A stretch of DNA of 33,888 nucleotides from a virus (lineage: Duplodnaviria; Heunggongvirae; Uroviricota; Caudoviricetes), in the IMG/VR virus record IMGVR_UViG_2718218355_000003, positions 1-33,888 of that record; one strand, 5' to 3'. The translations under genes were made by a program, and so were the position numbers. Within the stretch, counting starts at the first letter, position 1. Every line of letters starts with the position of its first letter. This document shows positions 27,250 to 33,888 of this stretch, piece by piece. The notes beneath the pieces are model-generated. The model was not told the origin of the DNA, did no database searches, and saw only the letters and a list, made by a program, of their open reading frames with translations.

Positions 27250-27345
27250 AACGGGATTCTGAAATCCCGCTTTTGCCTGTTTTGTGCGCGATTCATATAT
27301 CGCGGCGCGTTTTTTGCTCATTTACGGGATTTGTGAATCCCGTTT
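27250..27345. repeat. two ~38-bp repeats each containing the palindrome CGGGATT-N4-AATCCCG followed by a T-rich tract
   Basis: Copy 1 (CGGGATTCTGAAATCCCG) lies between the A stop and the parM start; copy 2 (CGGGATTTGTGAATCCCG) lies inside the last codons of A. Coordinates approximate (my reading is 1 nt out of register with the track here). Confidence 0.45.
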
Positions 27346-30115
27346 CTGTCTGTTTTTTGTTTCCACTGGTCAGGCTACCCCGCAGCAGGTCTGCTTTGCT
27401 GTGGGCGCGTTCAGTGGTTTCACTGATTCTCTGTGCGTGCTCTGCGTCACGGATGGCGCGCAGCATGTCAGAAAGCACGGTAACGGGAGTTTTCATGGTG
27501 TTCTGGTCCTGCTGAATTGTGGATGCCAGGCGTGCAGCGGCTTCTGGGTCTGATGCCCCGAGCTGTTTCAGATAGCTGGAAACCGGGTTATGGCGGATTT
27601 CCGTGCTGTTTACGCCGTGATTACGGCTCAGGTGCTGCCAGAGCTGCGTGATTCGACTGTCCGGGCGGGTATCTGGTTTGCGTACAATTTCAAATCCCTG
27701 CGGTGCAATGATGCTGCCGTCAACGTACAGGCTGCCGCCCCGTAACAGGTGCTGCATCCGCTGTTCACCGATATGCAGGCCGAGAGATTCGGCAGATTCC
27801 CGCCATTCTTTAGCGAGTAATTCGTGGTTATCAGGCAAAGGCCGCTGCTGTTTGCGGCTCTGTGTCCAGCTCTGCATTTCATCACTGCTGTTTTTTGCCT
27901 GTTTGTCACGCAGCGAACGCATCAGCGCCCGGCGTTCGTGCCGTTTCAGTGAGCGCATCCATTCGTTCACTTCAACGCCGTCAGGGAGCTGCGGCCACGG
28001 TGCTGGCCGTTCTTCCGGCTGTTCTGTCCCGTTGTTGTCCGTTTCCTGTACACGGGGACAGTTATTGCCACGAGTCCAAGGGGCGGCAGGGCCGCCCTGA
28101 AGGTCAAAACCATTTTCGCGGGCGCTGTCTTCCGCTTCCGGTTTACGTCTTACCAGCTTCCAGTTATCCGGATGCGTGCACACACGGGAGGATTCCCCGA
28201 TGAATGGCGACCAGATCCCGTAAATCTGTACACTCTGTTCGCCGTAATCGTTCAGCTCATCTGCGAGGTCGTAGGCTGTGCGAATCAGGTAGTCCTTGCG
28301 CGGAACAAGTACGCCACCCTGTTTTTCAATGTAGGTGGCAAAACATCCGGCATCAGCGGCAGCGAGTACCGCATCCATTGCGTCATCCTTCAGCCGTTGC
28401 GGGCCTTCTGGGTTGCGTGCCATCTGGCTGGCAAGGCGGCGGAGTTCACGCCACACCTGACGGGAGGGGATGCCAAAGAACTGGAACTGGCGGACCCGGT
28501 GAAGGCGCGCCCAGCCGATGGCGCGCTCCACGCTCTCGGCCATTGATTTACCTGTTTCGTGGTCAACGCGTGGCTTGCCCGTTTTCGGGTCGATGCCATC
28601 CACGGCGCGGCTGTCCAGGTTCTTTCCGATGTAGGTGGCGATGTAGCTGGTTGGCGTGCCTTTTGAGCCGTCGACGTACTCCGCCTTAAAGCGTGGGGTA
28701 ATATCATCACCCAGCTCGTGACGATCTTCCTGAATGGCAATATCGCGGGTGTGGGACACAATGGTGTCGATTTCTTCCGGATGAGCAAAGACCATCATAT
28801 GCCAGTGCACGGTGCCGTCATGGTGAGGCTCCACCGTGCGGATGCCATACCAGCGCAGGCCGTCGCGGTTCAGTTTCTTGCGGACCGCTGCAAAAAACGT
28901 GTTAACCAGGTAATCGCTGGAGTCGCGCATGGTGGCCCCGTTCCATTTGGGATTCGGATGACCGTTCTCTGTTGTGGCGTGGTATTTTGACGGGCAGGTG
29001 ACAGTCAGAAACACCGCTTTGTCGCCACGGGCTTCGGCCAGAAGTTCCAGCCCCTTCATGGTGGCCATCATTTCTGCCTTACGGTGAACCGGGTTACTTA
29101 CTCCCGCGTAATACACTGTCTCGAGATCAATCGTGAACCCGTCTTCGTTTTCCAGCATGAAACTTTTCAGGAAATCGCGTGTTTTCTCGCGCTGTGCGCG
29201 AAACTCGCTTAACGCGTCCTGGCTCAGATAGGGTGATGTTTTTCTGGAAACCAGACAGGCGGCGCGGAGTTGTTCTTCTCTCCACTCGCAACGTAACAGC
29301 CACAGTTTGCGTTTCCACCATTCCGCACAGGTCAGGCGAAGGATTGCGCCCGGCAGCAGCTCCGTGTCCGGTTCGTTCCTCCGGTCTTTATCTGTTGTCA
29401 GTGCGTCATAATGTGGAGGCATGATGTGCAGGTGTAACGCCATGCGGGCCAGCATCTGATACGCCTTCAGCGTTACATCCATGGTCAGTTCGCCATCGGT
29501 CGCGCCAAAGCCATCGCAGAGTTTTTCGAAGGTGCTGCTGAACATCGCCGCCGTCATGGTGGCCAGCGTCTGTATCTGGTGTTTGTTGAGCTGCGGCAGG
29601 TAAAGCAAATCGTCCAGGCGTTCGCGTCCGGCAAGGGAGCGATAACCCGGTGTCAGCCAGTGTCCGTCAGTGCGATCCAGACGTTCGAATATTTTGCGCA
29701 GGGTTCCGCGTGCATAGCGTTCCGCCTGCCAGCTCTTTTGGCCTTTCCGGCGATCGGCTTCCTGTTTTTTGCGCAGGAAGGAGAGGTGGCGAATAAGCGG
29801 ATCGCGCAGATAGGACGGCAGCAGGCGCAGCGAGGCCATGGCTTCATCCACCGCGCCGCGTGCCTGTTTTCTGGCGTCTCCTGCCAGTGTGATGGTTTTG
29901 TCCTGTTTTTCCTGTGCGTCCAGGCTTTTATTAATCAAGTTGCCCAGTGGCGTGGCGGAGAACGCCGCATCAGCGATTTCCTGGCGGCGCTCGTTCTCTA
30001 CCCGGTAGGCATCCAGCCAGGAGGAAAGCGCGGATTCAGGAGCGGGGATCCCCGTTCCTTCACGCCCCACTGCGTGGCGCGGTTGTTGCCAGTCCCTGAT
30101 GTACTCTGCCGTCAT
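27293..30115 (-). CDS. A: replication initiation endonuclease A (rolling-circle, P2 gpA family)
   Basis: VEPHHDGTVHWHMMVF...YIATYIGKN and ...GIPSRQVWRELRRL match the P2 A catalytic region (VEPHHDGTPHWHMMLF...). At 940 aa it is longer than P2 A. Confidence 0.9.
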   Translation of the reverse strand: MTAEYIRDWQQPRHAVGREGTGIPAPESALSSWLDAYRVENERRQEIADAAFSATPLGNLINKSLDAQEKQDKTITLAGDARKQARGAVDEAMASLRLLPSYLRDPLIRHLSFLRKKQEADRRKGQKSWQAERYARGTLRKIFERLDRTDGHWLTPGYRSLAGRERLDDLLYLPQLNKHQIQTLATMTAAMFSSTFEKLCDGFGATDGELTMDVTLKAYQMLARMALHLHIMPPHYDALTTDKDRRNEPDTELLPGAILRLTCAEWWKRKLWLLRCEWREEQLRAACLVSRKTSPYLSQDALSEFRAQREKTRDFLKSFMLENEDGFTIDLETVYYAGVSNPVHRKAEMMATMKGLELLAEARGDKAVFLTVTCPSKYHATTENGHPNPKWNGATMRDSSDYLVNTFFAAVRKKLNRDGLRWYGIRTVEPHHDGTVHWHMMVFAHPEEIDTIVSHTRDIAIQEDRHELGDDITPRFKAEYVDGSKGTPTSYIATYIGKNLDSRAVDGIDPKTGKPRVDHETGKSMAESVERAIGWARLHRVRQFQFFGIPSRQVWRELRRLASQMARNPEGPQRLKDDAMDAVLAAADAGCFATYIEKQGGVLVPRKDYLIRTAYDLADELNDYGEQSVQIYGIWSPFIGESSRVCTHPDNWKLVRRKPEAEDSARENGFDLQGGPAAPWTRGNNCPRVQETDNNGTEQPEERPAPWPQLPDGVEVNEWMRSLKRHERRALMRSLRDKQAKNSSDEMQSWTQSRKQQRPLPDNHELLAKEWRESAESLGLHIGEQRMQHLLRGGSLYVDGSIIAPQGFEIVRKPDTRPDSRITQLWQHLSRNHGVNSTEIRHNPVSSYLKQLGASDPEAAARLASTIQQDQNTMKTPVTVLSDMLRAIRDAEHAQRISETTERAHSKADLLRGSLTSGNKKQTETGFTNPVNEQKTRRDI

Positions 30116-30121
30116 AGTGAT

Positions 30122-30487
30122 TTACTTCGTCATGCCATTCAGGGTGTCGCGGCAGACTGTAGCCAGCCGCTGAATTTCCAGCACGGTGTCTTCTGTGTCG
30201 GCATGGCGATGTGTGATGCGGATGCTGTCGGCAATCACATCGACGATTGCAGAGGATGGGCGCTGGTAAATGCCAATAACGGACGGGGTGCCACCTTCAA
30301 TGCGGTAAAGCCTGTAATTTCCCTCGTGGCTGTCAATCATGTAGCGACCATCAATAACAATCTTTCCGTCAGCGAGCTGCGGTACAGGCAGGGATTTCAG
30401 GTACATGTCATAACGATCACGCACGCGAGCGGCAAGATCACGCTCTGTGTTGAGCAGGTATTCAAGAAAGTCGTTGGCGAGAATCAT
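30122..30487 (-). CDS. early-operon hypothetical protein (121 aa)
   Basis: ATG with AAGAGGA RBS, ends 6 nt before the A start; no recognised motif. Confidence 0.5.
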   Translation of the reverse strand: MILANDFLEYLLNTERDLAARVRDRYDMYLKSLPVPQLADGKIVIDGRYMIDSHEGNYRLYRIEGGTPSVIGIYQRPSSAIVDVIADSIRITHRHADTEDTVLEIQRLATVCRDTLNGMTK

Positions 30488-30628
30488 TGCGGCAATCCTC
30501 TTGTTACAGATGTGCGAAGGCCTCCCGCCGCAAGGTGCAGGAAAGGCCCAGAACAGGAATTAATGGAGTTTGTTTTGCTGCCGGATGAGCTGCTGAAGCC
30601 CGAAGTGGTTTCCGGCAGTTGGAGGTGC

Positions 30629-30874
30629 TCATGCTCTGATTTCCCTCAGTAGCTGGTTGAACATCTGGGTTAGTGGGTTGCTACACCCAAACGGCATCAG
30701 GTTTACCTGATAAGAAAAGCGACTGCCTGTTTTGCGCTCTTTTCTTGTGACTAAACCGCTGCGCCAGAGACGGCGTAGCTCCGCATTAATGGTTGTGGTT
30801 GGTGTATTCAGTGCTGCGGCGATTTCTCCACTGCTACAACCCGGATTGGCAGCGATGTAGTCCAGAATGGTCAT
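30629..30874 (-). CDS. small winged-helix-like DNA-binding protein (81 aa)
   Basis: MTILDYIAANPGCSSGEIAAALNTPTTTINAELRRLWRSGLV has an HTH/winged-helix pattern; start overlaps the upstream stop (ATGA). Confidence 0.5.
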   Translation of the reverse strand: MTILDYIAANPGCSSGEIAAALNTPTTTINAELRRLWRSGLVTRKERKTGSRFSYQVNLMPFGCSNPLTQMFNQLLREIRA

Positions 30875-31074
30875 CTGCGTGACTCCTGTACCTGTCTGAT
30901 AAGATTCACCTGCACCACGTTGGTGGCGCAGAAGTAAGTGCCGTCAGTGAGATAGATGTGATGTGCATCCTTTTCTGAACGGTGTTTGTCGATTGTGGTA
31001 ATCAGGCGTTCGTCAACTTCGTATTCACGTCCTCTGGAGGTGAAACGAACGACAGGAAAATGCTTAATTGCCAT
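30871..31074 (-). CDS. early-operon hypothetical protein (67 aa)
   Basis: ATG (MAIKHFPVVRF...) with AAGGAGG RBS; the track ORF extends further upstream from a GTG. Confidence 0.45.
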   Translation of the reverse strand: MAIKHFPVVRFTSRGREYEVDERLITTIDKHRSEKDAHHIYLTDGTYFCATNVVQVNLIRQVQESRR

Positions 31075-31160
31075 TACGCCTCCTTGGCGTGTGCGAATAC
31101 CTCCGCGAATGCGGATTGTTTTCACATTTTCTTATTTAACCTGGGGTCTTATTTGCGCGG

Positions 31161-31274
31161 TTATTCTTCAGTGAAAAAGCGTTCAATCTTTTTTACTGAA
31201 TTAATAATTCGCATAATCCCAATGGCGCAGACCACCGAAATAATCAGAACAAGCCATGAAATAAATATACTCAT
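31161..31274 (-). CDS. small hydrophobic peptide (37 aa, single predicted TM helix)
   Basis: MSIFISWLVLIISVVCAIGIMRIINSVKKIERFFTEE; ATG overlaps the upstream stop (ATGA); below the ORF-track size cutoff. Confidence 0.4.
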   Translation of the reverse strand: MSIFISWLVLIISVVCAIGIMRIINSVKKIERFFTEE

Positions 31275-31513
31275 GCGATATTTCCCAGCTTATACGGTTC
31301 AATATGTTCCCCGCATTCTGCGGCACAGATCAGCTCGGAAAGTTCGTTAAGTGCATCCAGATCATCAGCGTAAAAAGCCACGTCATACAGACTTCGGATT
31401 GCTCTGGTCAATGAGTCACGGGCCGCACGTTCAGCATGAGCGCCTGATGCACTTAAGCGAAAATAAAAACGCTCAAGTGCTTTGTTAATGAGAGTTTTAT
31501 ATTCTTTGCCCAT
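31271..31513 (-). CDS. early-operon hypothetical protein (~80 aa)
   Basis: ORF in the early lytic operon; ATG at 31513 (the track ORF starts at a GTG one codon upstream). Confidence 0.45.
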   Translation of the reverse strand: MGKEYKTLINKALERFYFRLSASGAHAERAARDSLTRAIRSLYDVAFYADDLDALNELSELICAAECGEHIEPYKLGNIA

Positions 31514-31524
31514 CACAACGCCCT

Positions 31525-31812
31525 TTAATCTGCTTTCTGTATTTCAGCTTCTGAATCCATACAAATAATTTCGATATAGGGTTCATCGCCATTAACCTGG
31601 CGTGCCTTTTCAGCTTCGCTGATGATTTCTCGTACGGTCTGGTACGGAAGTTCCACAAGCAGTCGCGTGCCGTTCAGATAAACGTAAGTGGCTTCGTCGG
31701 CTCCGTTTTTACCCGCCGGAGTCACTCCGTCAATAGCGGATGCACGTAATAACAGTTCACCGCGAAAATCAATAAAACGGATAAAAACACCTTGTGCATG
31801 GTCTTTGGTCAT
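31525..31812 (-). CDS. early-operon hypothetical protein (95 aa)
   Basis: ATG (MTKDHAQGVFIRF...) with GGTG RBS; the track ORF extends upstream, overlapping the previous gene. Confidence 0.45.
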   Translation of the reverse strand: MTKDHAQGVFIRFIDFRGELLLRASAIDGVTPAGKNGADEATYVYLNGTRLLVELPYQTVREIISEAEKARQVNGDEPYIEIICMDSEAEIQKAD

Positions 31813-31822
31813 AAAGCACCTG

Positions 31823-32161
31823 TTATAAATCAGCCTGTTTAATAAAACTTTGCCCGCGAAGCAGACGATCAACCGTGCGAAGTGCTTCGTATAATGTGAA
31901 ATCCTGCCCGAACTGATTGTCGCCACAGCTCAGTGCAAAAATGCGGTTTCCGGTAAACGGATTGCGTGGGCATTTGTGGATCACGATTCCAGCTTTCTCA
32001 ATCAGCCAGGCGTGCTCGCCGATTTGTTTTACTGGGTAGCCATCCGGCGTTGCGTGTGTATCACTCAGGCTGTAGCGGATGTTGCTGCGTGATGCACTGG
32101 TAGTGAAACGGTTAGCGTGGCGTTCTGTTCCGGTACAAAAATTACGGCGTTGCTTCAGCAT
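31823..32161 (-). CDS. early-operon hypothetical protein (112 aa)
   Basis: ATG with GAGGTG RBS, second gene of the early operon; no recognised family. Confidence 0.5.
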   Translation of the reverse strand: MLKQRRNFCTGTERHANRFTTSASRSNIRYSLSDTHATPDGYPVKQIGEHAWLIEKAGIVIHKCPRNPFTGNRIFALSCGDNQFGQDFTLYEALRTVDRLLRGQSFIKQADL

Positions 32162-32175
32162 AAAATGACACCTCG

Positions 32176-32454
32176 TTATTTTGTCATCTGCACGTATTTC
32201 TCTGCGTTTCTGATGGTTTTCAGGAAAATTGCGAAGAGATTTACTTTGCGTTTTGTGTTTCTTCCTTCTTGAGTAACGGGAATTACCGATCTATCAGCCT
32301 GCCTTCTTACAGCGAGAATGCTTTGATTTGTGCGTTTCGCATAATCCTCTAGGCTTTCTTCAAGTACCGGTAGCCCATGTTCATTACGGTATGGGTAGAA
32401 CGCCGCCAAACGCTCAAAATCCGCTTGTTCGTATGTGTTAAGGACTTTTGCCAT
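32176..32454 (-). CDS. cox: Cox-like excisionase/regulatory protein (first gene of the early lytic operon)
   Basis: 92 aa, divergent from the repressor; SILAVRRQADRSVIPV resembles the P2 Cox segment GAVRRMIDKGKLPVI; position identical to P2 cox. Confidence 0.6.
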   Translation of the reverse strand: MAKVLNTYEQADFERLAAFYPYRNEHGLPVLEESLEDYAKRTNQSILAVRRQADRSVIPVTQEGRNTKRKVNLFAIFLKTIRNAEKYVQMTK

Positions 32455-32549
32455 GGTGTGATAACCTATTCAATCTGGTGCTATTTGTGGCTCTTTGTAG
32501 CGTCAAGTGGTACTCAACTGATAACCAATATAGTATTCAGGTGCACACC
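32455..32549. promoter_or_regulatory. immunity switch region (presumed face-to-face early and repressor promoters and operators)
   Basis: 95-bp gap between divergent cox and C starts; two ATAACC-containing direct repeats about 60 bp apart. Confidence 0.45.
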
Positions 32550-32861
32550 ATGTCAATAGAGATATCAAAGAAGCTAAAAGCAATTCGAGAATCTGAGGGG
32601 CTTAGTCAGGCAAAGTTCGCGGATTCAATAGGTATTGCGGTTGGTACGGTTAAGCAATACGAGACTGGTATTCGAGGTGTGGGAACGGAGGTTTTACTGA
32701 AAATCACAATGCACCCGGAATTTAAAAAATACACTACGTGGTTGATGAGTAACGAAACAAATGAGGCTGCTGGGCAGATCAGTCCTTCTCTCTCCCCTGA
32801 TGGGCCAGAAAACACATCGTCTTCTCAAAAGCCCCGCAAGACTGGTACACAGCCCGGCTAA
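32550..32861 (+). CDS. C: immunity repressor C (HTH, P2 C family)
   Basis: MSIEISKKLKAIRESEGLSQAKFADSIGIAVGTVKQYETG HTH, and EFKKYTTWLMSNETNEAAGQISPSL matching the P2 C tail (QFTKYTLWFMTNQIAPESGQIAPAL). Confidence 0.85.
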   Translation: MSIEISKKLKAIRESEGLSQAKFADSIGIAVGTVKQYETGIRGVGTEVLLKITMHPEFKKYTTWLMSNETNEAAGQISPSLSPDGPENTSSSQKPRKTGTQPG

Positions 32862-32910
32862 TCATGGAACGCTGGGGGCATGGTGGTCTTGTAACGCTGG
32901 GGTTTCACGA

Positions 32911-33888
32911 ATGAGCATAAAATCAATTCCGGGAGGGTATCTTCTTGACATGCGCCCGGAGGGGCGTAAAGGCAAACGCATTCGTAAAAAATTTAAAACG
33001 AAATCGGATGCAGTTTTATATGAGCGGTGGGTGCTGGCGCAACAGCATAACAATGAGTGGAAAGGAAACTCTATTGATCGCCGTCCGCTGTCAGTGCTTA
33101 TTGACTTGTGGTGGAAATACCACGGCCAGCTAATGAAGTCAGGGCATAACACGCGCCTTAAATTGCTGCGCTTGAGTGAGGCAATGGATGACCCGTGCGT
33201 GCATAAACTTAATACAACGATGCTCACCGAGCTACGTGTGTCCAGAATAGAGCAGGGGATACAGCCCAGCACCATAAATCGAGAGATTGGGGCGTTAAGC
33301 GCGATGTTTACCGCACTCATCTCATCCGGCCATTTTCTTAACGATAACCCCGTTCAAGGCCTTAAAGGAATGAAGGTTAACGAGCGCGAAATGGGATATC
33401 TGAGTAAGTCTGAATGTGTTCAGTTGATGGATGCACTGGCTGAAAATCCCGATGAGCGGCTGGCTGTCGAAATCCTTCTGTCGACCGGGGCGCGATGGGG
33501 CGAGGTAGCGGCACTGGAGCAACGCCGCGTTCTGCATTGTCGAATCACTTTTTCAAAAACGAAGAACAGCAAAAACCGTACCGTTCCTATTTCTGAAAGC
33601 CTGTTTGAAAAGATCAAAAAACGGGGCGGGAAACTGGTGTTTCCGACGCTGGATTATTCATTGGTTCGCGATGTCATCAAAACGGTCGCACCTGATGTTC
33701 CTGACGGCCAGGCTGTTCATGCGCTGCGCCACACCTTCGCCAGTCATTTCATGATGAACGGCGGCAATATTCTGACGCTCCAGAAAATTCTGGGGCACGC
33801 AAAGATTCAGACAACGATGATTTATGCCCATCTTGCGCCGGATTACCTGCAGGATGCGGTGAGGTTTAATCCACTAGGAGGTGCTTAA
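32911..33888 (+). CDS. int: tyrosine integrase (P2 Int family)
   Basis: MSIKSIPGGYLLDMRPEGRKGKRIRKKF...LSTGARWGE...HALRHTFASHFMMNGGNILTLQKILGH...MIYAHLAPDYLQDAV matches P2 Int along its length. Start at the ATG 50 codons inside the track ORF; stop is the last codon of the window. Confidence 0.9.
   Translation: MSIKSIPGGYLLDMRPEGRKGKRIRKKFKTKSDAVLYERWVLAQQHNNEWKGNSIDRRPLSVLIDLWWKYHGQLMKSGHNTRLKLLRLSEAMDDPCVHKLNTTMLTELRVSRIEQGIQPSTINREIGALSAMFTALISSGHFLNDNPVQGLKGMKVNEREMGYLSKSECVQLMDALAENPDERLAVEILLSTGARWGEVAALEQRRVLHCRITFSKTKNSKNRTVPISESLFEKIKKRGGKLVFPTLDYSLVRDVIKTVAPDVPDGQAVHALRHTFASHFMMNGGNILTLQKILGHAKIQTTMIYAHLAPDYLQDAVRFNPLGGA

Overview
The window is almost entirely one P2-like (Peduovirus-type) prophage, running from ogr on the left to int on the right; neither attachment site is resolved inside the window. 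Gene identities come from reading the translated ORFs against remembered P2/186 proteins, not from any database search. Late genes: D, FI-FII-E/E'-T-U, a Hin/Gin-type invertase with an invertible tail-fibre segment, H-G fibre genes, baseplate I-J-W-V, S-R tail completion, a lysis cassette (holin, M15-peptidase endolysin, overlapped spanins), X, head genes L-M-N-O and the packaging genes P-Q. Early region: replication endonuclease A, several small early ORFs, Cox-like protein, C-type repressor and integrase. Accessory content sits at three places: (1) an AT-rich two-gene cassette between ogr and D (soluble acidic protein plus a small 2-TM membrane protein with its own promoter and terminator), which I rank as the best candidate for an undescribed exclusion/defence module; (2) a plasmid-type parMR partition cassette plus a 196-aa zinc-ribbon protein in the A-to-cos accessory position (where P2 carries tin/old); (3) a Hok-family type I toxin gene at the extreme left edge. 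The FI-U tail block is inverted relative to canonical P2 order. CDS coordinates follow the supplied ORF track, with starts adjusted by codon counting. Motif-level coordinates (hairpins, crossover sites, iterons) were read by eye and may be off by 1-2 nt; around 27240-27300 my reading of the printed sequence is 1 nt out of register with the track.
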